A stretch of 61,667 bases of DNA, the filler included, from Sphacelaria rigidula (Eukaryota), in NCBI GenBank assembly GCA_964200075.2. It is 5 parts of 5 records of this genome, joined end to end, with 100 filler letters (N's around TTAATTAATTAA, not from the genome) between each part and the next. Parts side by side here need not be neighbours in the genome. Positions count along the whole stretch, not along the records: positions 24,711 to 36,964 come from CAXNAA020003957.1; positions 37,065 to 49,316 come from CAXNAA020003958.1; 3 more parts are not named here. One strand, 5' to 3'. Positions 25,829 through 38,441 of this stretch are shown here, piece after piece. Each line of letters opens with the position of its first letter. Within the stretch, counting starts at the first letter, position 1. The notes below the pieces were generated by a model that was not told the DNA's origin, made no database searches, and worked only from the letters and a program-made list of their open reading frames with translations. Both the position numbers and the translations under genes were made by a program.

Positions 25829-28800
25829 CTGCTCCCGGTTCGCTCATGCACATCCCACCGATTGTACTACCCTCGCACGCGGAGGGCAGGTACTTGAGCC
25901 TCTGCTCGTGCGAGCCATTCTGGTTCAGATTGTTGACGTACAGCATCGAGTGCGCTGAGAGCAGGGACGGACAGCGCGTTTTTGTTGTGCACGCGACGGA
26001 GGGGGCGGATCACGTGCCATAACGTAACATGAGTGTTTGAAGTTGGCATACGATTCGCTGAAAACAAAAAAACTATCGTTACTCCCTATTTTCCCTCCTC
26101 CCCACTCGCAAACGTACCAACGTTATCGACGGTAAGATTGAGGTTGCAATACGGCGTGTATCCGGCGACTGCCCATCGATACTCATTTCTGAATATTCTA
26201 TTCTACTGTCAGGGAAGAGTTCCACACCTGTGGGCAAGGTAATCTATTGTCCAGGGTGTGGTGAGTTCACAGGTACCCAAGCGCGAATTGGCTCCGAAAA
26301 CCGTCTGCAATACCGTCCGCCCCGCCCCGACTACCTCTTCACCCCTTCATGCGACTCGCCGGACACATCACGGCGCTTCGCGCTCGGTGATTGACTGCGA
26401 GCCTACTCCGGCAAAAACCCGTCGTGCTCCGTCCCGACTCTGTAGGGATGCGAGTTCAACAGTCTTATGACAACGGCATCCAATATCGAAGATAATTACA
26501 TCCCTTCCCCGCCACCACACTACGAGTTGACAGCGTAATGAACCTTCTCTCACACTCACCTAGGTAAGAAAGACAGCATGCAGGGTCTGCGGCCGACAGC
26601 TCTTCGTGCACGATACAGGCGGCCGTCGCGTCCATGCCGGATCCGCCATATTCAGGCGGTACCGTGACCCCGAGGAGACCAAGATCGCCTAGGCTCCGAA
26701 AGACTTCAGCGTTAAATTTCTCTTGGCTGATTCGTGGGTGCGTCCGGAGCGGAGCGGATTGGAGGCAGGTTCAGTTAAATGCAAAATATGTAGTATTTGT
26801 TGTGCGTGGATACCGGAGTGCAAGAGACAACGACAACAACGCGGCGACTGTGCGTGTGTGTGTGTGTGCTTTCCTGTCGGTCTCCATGCACAATACATCA
26901 ACGCGTGCACCTCGTAAAGGTACTGATCGTTCAACCCCCTCTGGCCGCACAGCCCGGGGCGGGTGGTCTGGGTCTCAGCCATTGCTTAAGAGAACATGAT
27001 GCATATTTAACAGATGACCCTCCCTTGAGGTCAAGGGGCTAATGGACAGGTTTTGAAAAGCTTCCAAGGTTGTATTGTGTAGGGTAGACCCGAAAATCGG
27101 GGATCTTGTAGTTAGAATGCTAAATCATACCGGAATGTGCACATAACATTCTGCTATGGTTTTGCAGAGTATCAAGCCCTGTTCTGGACACTCCCGATTA
27201 GTTCGGAAGGGCATTTACCGATTAAATACCTCTCTTATACTCTTGTAAACACCCTACTTGTATTCAGTATACCCTACAGACCACAAACTTGGAAACTTCG
27301 GTGTGGTAAGGAGTCGATGCTACAGAAGCGTGCGCCCAGCCCATGTAGACCACGCAAGATTTAGGAGTAGGCGAACGTATAGCACCGAATCGTGAGGATC
27401 ATGACTTCGGGCCGGAAAAAAGGCTATTACAGTGTCCATGAAAAGGTGTACCCCCTGATTCGCTTCCAGTTTAGGGTGCACTAGTCAGCAAGACATGGCA
27501 TGTGCAAAACCGAGGCACAGGGATGCCCCTGAATTAAATCGCGCAAAGCGGTAATGAAGAGGCATGCCAGCGGACAAAACATATACATTTACTATTATAG
27601 TGTTCAGATTTGTCTGATTATGAACAAAAAAAAAACTCCGAAGAACAGCAGTTACCAAGAAAAGGGTATCTTGGTGTTTCGGACCACTTCAGGGTACGGG
27701 TCAGGTCTTGTGGAATGCTCCCGAGTTTTTTGCAGCTCTGCTAAGAGCCATACCGCTCACTTTCGTTCGTCCTTTTTCTCGCAGTATATGTACGAAAGGG
27801 ACGCAACAGTGCGTGCTGTCAGCGAGCACCCCGAATGTCGCGTCGAATTTACGTTTTCTCTACGCCGTGAAAAAAACTCGCTGACCGATGGGGCCACAAA
27901 GTAGGAATATGCATCAGGTATCACCCTAGATCGACATACCGATTTCGATATATAGCGACGTCATATATCATTTCAGGCCAATTTTGGTGCTCTGGCGGGC
28001 TCAGGGTGAACGCGCAAAATGTATTCATTTGCGAATGACTTTCGCAGCGTCTATCCAACAGTCGCATACATGGTGTCATACTGCCCTTCATGGACAACTG
28101 ACGAGGGCGACGTTGCCGGATACAGGGTGGCGCTAATGGTGAAAATGTACCTCGACCGATCAGCGGCCTGCAAACTAATCTGAAATTAGAAATACCAATT
28201 TTTACTCAAGCTTTACCTACTTCGCAAATACTTCAAATCGTAATAACCGCCATCAGCTCGGGAACGGGGAGAACATATTTGAAAAAGGTTACAATAGCAT
28301 TGAAGTATACCCCAAACTGTGGTATTTCTGTGATCTGGCGTTGCTGTCGTCGTTAGATTTCCACTGACGGTATGTACTCAACACCCAGAACGCCTTCAGA
28401 CAGTTTCCTTTATATTTTTCATAGAAAAGCTTACATCGCGTTAAAACATGGCAGTTCGGTGGGTATTGGTACTCCAAGCAGGAACAAATGTCGCTGAAAA
28501 AAATTCAAGTTTCTCCGGTCCTCATCGACTTCGGGGGGTCTCCACGCCCGGACCCACGGAAGCCGGTACAGCGTGCGTTAAATGAAAAAAAAAAAGCATT
28601 CGCCCCGGAGTAGTTCAAGGTACATCAGCAGGAAGAAGTTTCGTTGCGAAACCCGATAAACTGATGCAAGGGGGGTCATTTTCACGTCGAAAAATGCGAA
28701 GTATACTAAAATCAGCTGGTTGGAAGGTTGTACCGGGCACGGTACACTTCAGCGCACTCATCCGCAAAACCTCTCGCCGGTTTTTAGTCAGACCGCGAAA

Positions 28801-30188
28801 TTATGCGCACACGTACTTTAGATCGTTACGAAAATTTCAAGGAGGGATTGTTCATTTGTTTTTTATTTCACCCGTTATTGGGGGTCCCAGAACGACATAT
28901 GGTCGTCTCCAAATCCCCCAAACCCTGGGGCCCTCGACAGCGGTCGAAAAAAAGGAAGCTACCTCAAAATGTTCCGTACTGAAGTGCATTAGATGCAAAT
29001 TTTCGGAGTCTCCGAAAAAACTCCAAAAAAACGGGGCGAGGTTTTCCAGACGAATACGCCCGAGGTGATCACCCTTACAAAGTACGAGTAACAGCCTGTA
29101 CAAGGTAGGAAATTGGGACATGATACTTGATATTGATATCTCGTGATACATCGACATATCGTACCTCGATATATCATGATACCAAATATCGTATCCGGCC
29201 GACTTTGGGGCCTGATGCATATCCTCATCAAGAAGTAACAAAATATAGAAGAATCGCAAAGGTGTACCTTTTTCCTCCCCTGCCCTCCCTGTTTCCCCCG
29301 GAAATTGACGCCAACGGGCTTTTGAATTTATACTTCACGTAGCAGCAGTTGCCCAATACGACCATCAATGTCTCACCGATTGTACTCCAGTGCTTGTGGA
29401 TCCACGTCTCTCTCGACAAAGGCGCGTACCATGTCTCGCAGTTGCCGATGTTCCTGGAACAGCAAGTAGTAGTACAGTAGTAGTAGTGAAGTAGAGCATA
29501 GCCACTTCATCAAGGAAGGCAGGCGTTCGGTTGAAGTTTCCGCCCGAGTTTGAAGTTTTAAAAATGTTCTATGATTTTGGATGTACACTACCTCAGCAGC
29601 TTCCGCGCAACATGATCAGACCACAGTACAACAGCAGATTCTTGAAGGTTTTAACGACCTCATTGCTGCTATGTAAGCACACTTACAGAGTATTCGCACG
29701 CGAGGGGTGCGAATGTTTCCACGGTTTGGCCATCTCTTCAAGTGCAACACGCGCGCCCTAGACGACGGTATACAATCTTGATCGGTTGTGCTGTCTGTCA
29801 GCAGCAACAACACCCCTGGATACCGTTTCGATGAGTCCCGCCCAATCACTAGTACCAAGTACCGAGGCAAAAAATGTTGACCATCAAAGATCCACGACAG
29901 AAAATGGACACCCGCATGTACTAATACCTCCGTTGGGTTGAACACATCCACCACATGTCGCTGTTCTTGTTCTTCTTGCACGTTATTCCCGTTGTCTCCG
30001 GAGAGTTGAGCACTGCTAGTGGAAAGGATCCGCAGCTTGCACCACCGTGAGCGCCTGCTGCCTATTTTTGACGAACTTAAGCCGCTACTTCTATCGTTCA
30101 AGAGAGGTACCACAGCAGAGGAGATCAATCTAACCTTATAAGGCCGTGAGAGTGCTCTCGCTGCCAATCTCCATCCAACCAGCATCAT
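25829..30188 (-). CDS. IVD: Isovaleryl-CoA dehydrogenase, mitochondrial (acyl-CoA dehydrogenase family), 5' part
   Basis: Exons 30188-29928, 29453-29377, 26726-26560, 25954-25829, all GT-AG with matching phases. Arg/Ser-rich transit peptide, then FNPTEEHRQLRDMVRAFVERDVDPQA, LGDLGLLGVTVPPEYGGSGMDATAACIVHEELSAADP..CLSYLAHSMLYVNNL and IGGMCMSEPGAG. The remaining exons were not found before the contig end. Confidence 0.88.
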
Positions 30189-30841
30189 CTTTTCTGCTCT
30201 CCTCGGCAAGTGGACTTGTCGATGTGTATATTTTTTGTATTTTGCTTTTGCTTGTGTTCAGACCCGTGATACCAGGATTGGAAGTCGGTCTTCATGCAGT
30301 ATTGGGAACATTATGATCACGGACAGAATGTCTAATATATTTGACGCTGTGCCACGGTGAAACTGCGACACAGCACAAAAATCTTGAGACACGAAGCAGC
30401 CCACAGGTCTTATCATGACCATTATTGTCAGTAGTGTGAAACGCACAGTAAAATATTTACGTTGTCCATGATGGCAGTATCCCTATTTTCAAAACCCGCG
30501 GTCGTATGACAAACGATTGAAGATTGCGGTGAACTCATTCATAGTTTAGTTGCAGTTCTTTGGGTTACGGGGAATATCTGGTTGCAGTTACGATATGCGA
30601 TCGTTGATTTCTTCATGCGTGACGAATATCCTCTCACTACAAAATATTAGTATGTTCCATCATGGGACGACACAAATTATGGAGCATGATCTCATGATAC
30701 AACTAATAAGGGAATCCACAGCAACAGCGGACCCTCAAGGAATTCACGTAGCTACCCGAGATTAGCTTGTGAGTTGTTCGACCGGGAGTTCGATCAAAAG
30801 GTTTTGGTCGCCTACACAGCTACAGTACCACCAGAAATACC
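30189..30841. promoter_or_regulatory. Probable bidirectional promoter / 5' UTR region
   Basis: 653 bp between two divergent ATGs (30188 minus, 30842 plus). Inferred from layout only. Confidence 0.45.
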
Positions 30842-31682
30842 ATGAAAGTTCACGAGTCGAAGCCCCGACTGTCGCGTGCGGTACTGTGCGGGGTACTACT
30901 GCTGAGCAATCACGTCTCGGTAGACGCAAACACATGGGCAACAGGGAGGCCTTCCTCGTCGAGAGTGGCGGCGCGTATGCTCGGTGGCAGATACAGAGAG
31001 GAGCATAACTTCAGGGCTATGAGGGAGTGAGAATCTGCTGGGGGGGGCAAGCTGGTTTGTGTGGGGCTATGTATGTTGTCTGGTGCCGTGGGTCGCTGTT
31101 GCAACTTCACCGTCAGTGCAGTGGCAGTACTGCTTTACTTGGCTCATACAGCACGAGATGAAAAACGTGTGATGTGGGGAGGGGACGACGTCGCAATGAT
31201 ATGCACCACATACACATCCAAACTGGGCATGCCGGGAGAGTCTTTATGCCTTCGATGCTCCCACACGCTGTGTAGGCTTGCCTCATTGAGCCAGTCACGG
31301 GCATGAGTTGTGGTATGGGGGGAGTGGAGGTACGTTTGCAAAGCTAACCAATACTAAACTTGTACGAGGAGCTAGCTGTGCAACTCGCGTTCTCTGCGCT
31401 CTACTTTACTTTGTACCATATCCTGTAATGCCAGTTGATGCCCTCCCCATGTGGTGGCGTGCAAGGTACATGCACACTGCAACAGGCAAGGCGTGCACTG
31501 GAAGGGTGAACTCGTGACCCACCATCACCTCGTCCTTTTACATCGCACATCTCACGAACATGTTCATTCCCCTTCTCTCCGCTCATATCAGGGAGTTGGA
31601 CGAAGAACATGCAAGATCGGAGAACGAGAAAAAAGAAGCCCTCGCCAAGAAACGAAACGAAGTTGAACAAGAGAAGCTTGCC

Positions 31683-31721
<39 letters not shown>

Positions 31722-34700
31722 CAACAACTGCAACAACGAGAGACGGTTGAGGACGAAACCTTACCCACCGCCTTGCATTCCCTTCTCGAAGTCGAGGCAG
31801 GTAGCCCTCGGGCCCTTGCCGTAAGCGTGGGAAAGGTTGTCGCGGTGAGTGATGAGACCTTGAGGGGCGGCGTGGTACCGAAACACTGAAGAACCGAACT
31901 GCCAGCATCTGCGTTTTTAGATCGGGGGTTGTCCCCGGAACGTTTGTAGGCTCACGACGTCCGTATCACAGCAAACAGGGCATTGGTGTGTGTGCGTGCG
32001 GCAGGAGCTAGACCGTGAGGCGTGCTTTCGGGTAGGAAGATGCTGCTGTGCTGAGTCGTTTGAAATGGAGTCACACGCGTGAAAAAAATCGCTCAAGGTG
32101 TGGTATATTTTAGCGGCAGGGTTGGGCGAGGGCCTCGAGCGATGCAACGGTTGATCCGTGTTTGTTCAACTTGAGTTTGTGATGAAGTCGAACAAATGGA
32201 CTACCTGTACTACATGTACATGTAGATGTCATGGCCGTCTATTGTAGCTGTAACCCCACCAGGTACACCTCATGCACTCCATTGTACTATTCTGCACGGT
32301 AATGTAGTTCTTCGGCAACTCGTACTTGACGCGCCGGTGCCTTGTTCGGATAGGAGATCGTGTGGGAATCTCGGATTGAAAAGAGGTTTTCGTTTGTTTC
32401 ACCGTCCCCCTACAATCATGACAATCCAGACAGGGCACGTGGTACAGACAGACAGTGCAAGTGCAGTACAGGCAGTGTCCACGGTGCAGTCCGTGGATGT
32501 CGCGCGTTTCTACGAAGCAGTACAAACTCAAGTATGTAGCAGTTCTATACTACAATGAATACGAGAGCCTTTTTTTTTTGTCTGCTGATGGTCGTAGGCG
32601 AGGATACTGTACGACTCTTGAGAACGAAGGACGGGTGCTATCCTCGAAATCTCACCAGACCCCCAAAAACCTTGATCATGATCCTGTGCTTTCAGTTCAA
32701 ACTTCACCCTTTTTCGACGTTTGTCGCACAAAAATCGGTAGCTTATCCCCTCCCTTCACCGATGTGCACCCCCGCCGCACCCCGTCACGAGGTGGGCAGA
32801 TCGCCGCCGTGGGTTACTACGGCGCGAAAAAGGTGGTAGCCTTCGCTCGCGCGATGCTGAAGAAAGGCAAGGGGGCGACCGATGACTCCAGCAGTGCCCT
32901 CAGCAGCAAGATAGATGACGTGGAAAAAGCAGGGGCTGCTGTCAAGGGAGCCGTAGACGAGGTACGGCGGAAAATACCGTGCAAATCACCCGTACGGGGG
33001 ATACCACCCCCTGAATACCACCCCAGGATAACGACATATCGGCTGTTTTTGATATCATACCAGTACCTACTGTACTATTTTTGGGCACATGGTATATCAC
33101 CCCCCTCTTCTACAGGATAGTGGTCATGTAGGAGAGGAGTGAAACGAACCGGGATTCAAGTCACAGTCTCGTGAGGGAAAGGTTGGCGAAGTCACTCTTC
33201 AGTAGAGTTTGTGCGAGAAAATAACGTGTCACGTATCCCCTCGTGTGTAGATACCAGCCCCCGGGTGTTGAGTTTCTCGGTTCCAAAACCTCATCATCAA
33301 CGGGTTTTGAAACTTTTTTTTTCGTGCGTTGACCCATTGACGGCGAGCATACGTCATCTGTTAAATTGGCTCCACTTTCACTTGAAGTATGGATGGTCTA
33401 GACTAAAACAAATTACCCTCGCAGCCAGGGATTGTATGGGATTCGCCTGATCGAAAAAAGGAAATTTATTGTGGGCTAATATCTCATATGTCGTAGTGGG
33501 TATTGTGGCGGTGTTGTTTATTTTCGCGTCCAACGAGTCGAGAAAAGGCTGCCGCACTTCCGTCGTTGATTTTTTTTAATCTGTGCAGAATATTGATGAT
33601 ACAATTCCTCGTGAACTCGGCTTGATAGACTCGGGAAGAATTCTTGGATGTGCAACAGCCACACAGCCAACCATATTTATCAACTTACCTGTGTCGCAAA
33701 AGTCCTCCGTAGTTACGCTTGCAGCGGGATTCCTGCTGTATACTCGAGTATATGTGTATATATAAACATCTCTATATTTTGCTACACTTTGAACCGCTCT
33801 GTTCCTCGGGACGAGTCCGTAGTCTCAAGGGATCATCCCATCTCTCCCCGGTACACGCTCTGTATTTTGATCTCGTGGGTTGGATCAACACTATCGCACC
33901 GCGTAAACTCTCGTCAAACAAACTCAAACTCAAAGACAATTATTTTTCGTTTACTCACGTTCCCACCCCTTCGACTGTGAAGATTAGATGCTTTGAAGGA
34001 AAACATGCAAGGCAGGTGGTATGCTCTAATCGTTTGACCATTGACCACGCATCCCTTGCGAGACGGAGCACCGTTCCTACTCCTAGTAAAGACACCTCCA
34101 ACATTTTGGCACCCATTACCGCTGTCTGTGTCCACTATCTATCTCCTAGTATAGCGATTGTTTTCTCGCTACTGTCCAATGTATCAAAATATTTCATCTC
34201 ACCTTTGTTTACTTCCCGCTTTTCCCTCTCCGACACGTCCCGTTCCTCCTTGTATACTTCACATTATGAATTCTACTCTCTATTGCTTCACCACAGGGAT
34301 ATTTATGTGCATTGTGACGCCAGCCAGAAGAAAAACTGATGGATCACTGCTGTTGAGGGACCCCCAGTCTTACTGACCTCAGTTTCAGTTGTCAGCCTTT
34401 ACAACATTTCATTATCATGGAGTGCCCTTCCAAGGCACCAACTTTCTAGACCTGCAGGGTACCATCCCCGTGTCCCCGGTCACTATCCAGAATCTTCCAG
34501 AATCCCCGTTCCTCCAGTCATTATCCATATCATAACTATTAACTCAACGTAACGGCGTATTTTCGTCACAGCATCCATATCCTTCTCTATTCAACTACTG
34601 GTATATTTCTTCCTTCTTTCTGGCAGGTCCAGGTCCCCCACCCGAAATCGCAGTCCCAGTTTTTTCGTGGAATCCAGTGGGCCATGCAGATATGTTTTCA

Positions 34701-35321
34701 TCCCTATCCCCTCTCAACCCACCGTATATCTGTCGGTGTTCTTCCTCGTCCACTTTTCGTCTAAGCGCTTCTTTCCCCCCTTTTCTGTCATGTATCTTAT
34801 TACTTTCGGCTTGTACCCGCCACGTTCACCTGTGGACATTATCTCGTCCTTGTTTTCTCCCATACCCTTCCATACTTTCTGAAATATGAGAGAGGGGCGG
34901 CGGGGTGTACTCATGATGTTGCATACCGTAGCCATAAGACCATTGACCTCGCATCCCTACAATGCCGGGACGGAGCACGCCGGGTTTTCGCCGACCCGGC
35001 TCGCGATCACCAAGCGCGAAGTGCTGCGATTTAATGGGCGGGCGGCATAAAGGGTAGGTGAGCTGCATTCTGTAAAGATTGTCCGGCCCGAAGCATGCTG
35101 ATTATCTTGCATATGGATCACAGCCTTGAATAGGTGGCAAGGGGGGCGGGAGGGGGGGCAGAAGAGATTATACAAGTCCGAAATATCTCCCGTGATTATT
35201 GTGCTAAGGTTCTACGCCAACCCCCACCCGTCCCACGCACGCATGTACCTGTACATGCACATGGCAGCAACAGGCGGTGGATGAAGCTGAGGAGGGGGAG
35301 AAGGAAGTTGAGAAACAAGAG
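30842..35321 (+). CDS. Hypothetical protein with signal-peptide-like N-terminus, coiled-coil/polyQ and one hydrophobic segment (5' part)
   Basis: Phase-consistent GT-AG exons 30842-31026, 31592-31844, 32800-32961, 35274-35321 give MKVHESKPRLSRAVLCGVLLLSNHVSVDA...ELDEEHARSENEKKEALAKKRNEVEQEKLAE(Q14)...ALAVSVGKVVAIAAVGYYGAKK...AVDEAEEGEKEVEKQE. No stop exon identified. Confidence 0.7.
31686..31736 (+). repeat. (CAG/CAA)n coding microsatellite (polyQ)
   Basis: Seen directly; encodes Q14-L-Q2. Confidence 0.9.
33900..34880 (-). mobile_element. Decayed LINE 3' fragment (same family as 1080-1700), intronic
   Basis: Minus strand reads KTYLHGPLDSTKKLGLRFRVGDLDLPERRKKYTSS, homologous to the contig 1 fragment. 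Boundaries approximate. Confidence 0.6.
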
Positions 35322-35829
35322 GTGAGATATCAATTACTCTTGGTCGGTAAAGAGACGAGAGACATTTCACACTACCAGCGAAACGCCGGTCAGGCACAAC
35401 CACGTACTGTTGTACCTGTACCGTGGGATACAAAGAGTATGGACATCCGCGGGTGGCGATATTTTGAGGCCGCGAAATAGTCATTTCCCGGGGTTCGCGG
35501 CCGGAACGTCATCACGAGGGGTTGCTCTCTCACGGAAGCGGTGATGCAACGCAGCCTGAGACCGTACCTGTTGATTGATCGCCGCCGCGTTCTGGTGGTC
35601 TAGCTGGTTCGTCTTGAGTCGAGTAGGACGCAGGGTTGAGGGTAATACGTTCGTTGTTTTTCCCCAGAAAAAAACCTGGTTTTACGTTGTGGAAGCCGTG
35701 AGGACTTATTAGTGAGTACCACGTGAGTAACAAGAGGGAAAATTAATCTCACGAGAGCCTACGCGATGCAGCAGTGCCGATCAAACCCAATCCGCGATAT
35801 ACACGAAACCAAAATGTCAGGCAGGTGGC

Positions 35830-36350
35830 GAGCAATGCTACGGTAGGGGTTGTTGCACTTTTTCAGATGAAGCGTTTCTCGGGGTTGCTCGGGGTGTTTG
35901 ACGGATCATTTCGAGAGTCGGCATCATTCATACTTGAAAATGACTGAAGGCTGCTGCCGAGATAGCCCCCCCCCAGAACCGGCGAAAAAAGTGCACAGAG
36001 GCGATGACCATAAACGCCGTCAGAGCTGGTTTCGTGCTGCACGACGCGACACATTTGGGCATTATAGCTGATTCTTGACTGCTACACACCTCTCACGTGG
36101 GCGAAAGTGCTGCAAACGAGCCCAATAGTGGGATCGCAGCCAGTTTGTTGGACGGTCTCCGGTGCACTTTTGGGGGGGGGGCTATCTCGACATTAGTCTG
36201 AAGATGATGCCGATTCACGAAAAGGCCCCTGTGTGCATCTCCATGTCCTGTCCCCGGAGATTTGTGTTGCACAGTAAGCCCCATATATTTGTGCTCCTAT
36301 AAAAAAGAGACCCACTAACAAAAATTACAACCCCTACCGTAGCATCGCTC
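35830..36350. mobile_element. 521-bp MITE sharing TIRs with the Sola-like family
   Basis: GAGCAATGCTACGGTAGGGGTTGT / ACAACCCCTACCGTAGCATCGCTC, with TGGC duplicated at 35826-35829 and 36351-36354. Confidence 0.8.
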
Positions 36351-36883
36351 TGGCGGGGAAGAGGTGGATCGAGCCGTTGAAGCGCACGGACTCTTCGCGA
36401 GGAAGGAGCGGGGTTGGAAGTGTGACGAAGGATATAACTAAATAAAACGGACGTAAGGGGCGGTGCCAAACCTTCCCGAAAAAGCATCACAGGAGGTCGT
36501 GACACGCAGTACCCCCGGCGGTACAGTATGCGAAAACACTGGTGGTGTGCTGGGTCGCCTACGGTATTTTGACTTCCTCGGGGCGGCACTGTTGCAGCAA
36601 AAATGATGAGGGTGTCGGAGTCGTTCGAAGACATGGGAGGGGGGTGGGGGTCGAAATAGTTTTTTTTTCCCTTCATCGTAGGACTAAGAGGCATTTTCAC
36701 TGGTGCACGTTTTGGATTAAAAAAATATATATAAAGTGTGTTGTCTGAAACAGCATTTTTATCCTTCCGTCGGACTGAACACGTGTTTGAGGCTTCGTGC
36801 GAGCTTGCTCCACCGAACTGACGGAGGTGTTGACTTTCACAGTACAAGAGGGGACAAGAGCGCGGCGAGGATGATGCTGTAAT

Positions 36884-36919
<36 letters not shown>

Positions 36920-36964
36920 TGCTCGGCACCCGCGGGGCGGCACGACTAGCAGAGGGGGAGTGGG

Positions 36965-37064
36965 NNNNNNNNNNNNNNNNNNNNNNNNNNNNNNNNNNNN
37001 NNNNNNNNTTAATTAATTAANNNNNNNNNNNNNNNNNNNNNNNNNNNNNNNNNNNNNNNNNNNN
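36965..37064. other. Artificial contig linker N44-TTAATTAATTAA-N44
   Basis: Seen directly. Confidence 0.97.
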
Positions 37065-37453
37065 GTCCTGCACCACGTATTGTACTCAAGGTGGCGCATC
37101 TTCACGACGTCTTCGACATAGTCGACCGTCACCAACCGGCATGGTCTACCACCCGTCAACGGCATCACTTCGGCGTGCTTATTGACCCACACGCCAGGGT
37201 CAATCTCCAGGAATTTGATTTTTGTCGCCAGTGCCTATCAGTTCAAGACTTCATATGTAGTGTTTTAAGTCAACGTTCCTACATGGCTTCTGATAAATTT
37301 TCTTCAAGTTGCAGCCAGCGTGAGGGCGTCAAGTAAGAGGTTCCTAAAGCCCAAAATTATACAGGGTGTAACATTTTTTATACCAGTGGTCATTCCTCTC
37401 GTGTGTCTGCGTTCATTCCCTTTGGTCGGTTGTTTTTAGGTTTTCACTGCAGC

Positions 37454-37508
37454 AATATTTAGCTACTGTTGAACATCGGTAGCTGACCTTCAACAGTAGC
37501 TAAATATT
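37454..37508. repeat. Perfect 20-bp inverted repeat with a 15-nt loop
   Basis: AATATTTAGCTACTGTTGAA (37454-37473) / TTCAACAGTAGCTAAATATT (37489-37508). Confidence 0.9.
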
Positions 37509-37842
37509 ACGATAGCTTCTGAACGTTCTTTTCGTCGTCCTACACGGCGTTTTAGCTTCTAACGTTGTAGTTAGATCGTTATCCGTAACTTGTTGTCATG
37601 TTGACATCAACTGTGCTTTCCTTCACCCACAGCCCTTCACATTTCCGGCTCCGATGTGGTTCTCAATTCAACTCGAGACGTAAGTCTACATGAATTGAAG
37701 ACTTTGGATTTCAAGATTTTAATTGAACGGCTTTCGATCGTCGCGCTTTCGTGGGCTATTTCGTACAGCTTTCAAGCAACCGCAACAACGTTGCACCCGT
37801 TTCCACGACAGATGTTCATCTAAACGCCACAAAATTCTCCCA

Positions 37843-38056
37843 CCAAATCTGTCCTCCTTCTTTCCAAGATCACCGTCACTCTTCGTAACATTTCTCACCA
37901 GTCTCAGCGTCATGAGACTACAGTACACCAAAGGACGCGAGGGCCTCCTACCAAGTCTGTCCTCCTTCTTTACAACACCACCATCACTCTTGGTAACATT
38001 TCTCACAAGTCTAAACGTCATGACACCACAGTACACCGAAGGACGAGGGGGCCGTA
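37843..38056. repeat. 108-bp tandem duplication (2 diverged copies)
   Basis: CCAAATCTGTCCTCCTTCTTT at 37843 and CCAAGTCTGTCCTCCTTCTTT at 37951; alignable over the whole unit. Confidence 0.85.
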
Positions 38057-38199
38057 GGCCCCCGCGTCCGAAGCCCTTGTATAGTATATTTTGTATGCAT
38101 GAGTGGGGCCGCAATACCACCCCCCCCCCCCAGAACGGGCAAAAAGAGGCTCACGAAAAACGGTCATACAGCACACATATTGGGATTGGGATGCGATAG

Positions 38200-38441
38200 G
38201 TGGTTTCAGAAACCAGGTTTGGGAAATGATTTTTTCGAAGATTGCGAAAATATATTGCTGGTTTGAGAAACCAGCCATTGACATTGGTTTGCAAGGGTGC
38301 AGGTATACAGTAGCTATAATAGTTTCAGGAACTAGTTCATGGGGAAATATTTTGAAAAACGCAGATTCCGCTGGTTTCAGAAACCAGCTAGTTTGTTTAT
38401 TTCATTATAGAAACGAAGCGACAGCTGTATTCAGAAACCAG
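38200..38441. repeat. Array of five interspaced 17-bp palindromes (consensus CTGGTTTCAGAAACCAG)
   Basis: Copies start at 38200, 38258, 38319, 38371 and 38425, with 35-44 bp between them. Confidence 0.8.

Noticed and set aside
36215..36943. 242-aa ORF with poly-Gly
   Set aside because: Arises from a C homopolymer at the contig end and overlaps a MITE.
38200..38441. Calling the palindrome array a true CRISPR array
   Set aside because: Repeats are only 17 bp and degenerate, two spacers resemble each other, no cas-like ORF was recognised and the context is eukaryotic. Kept as a repeat finding.
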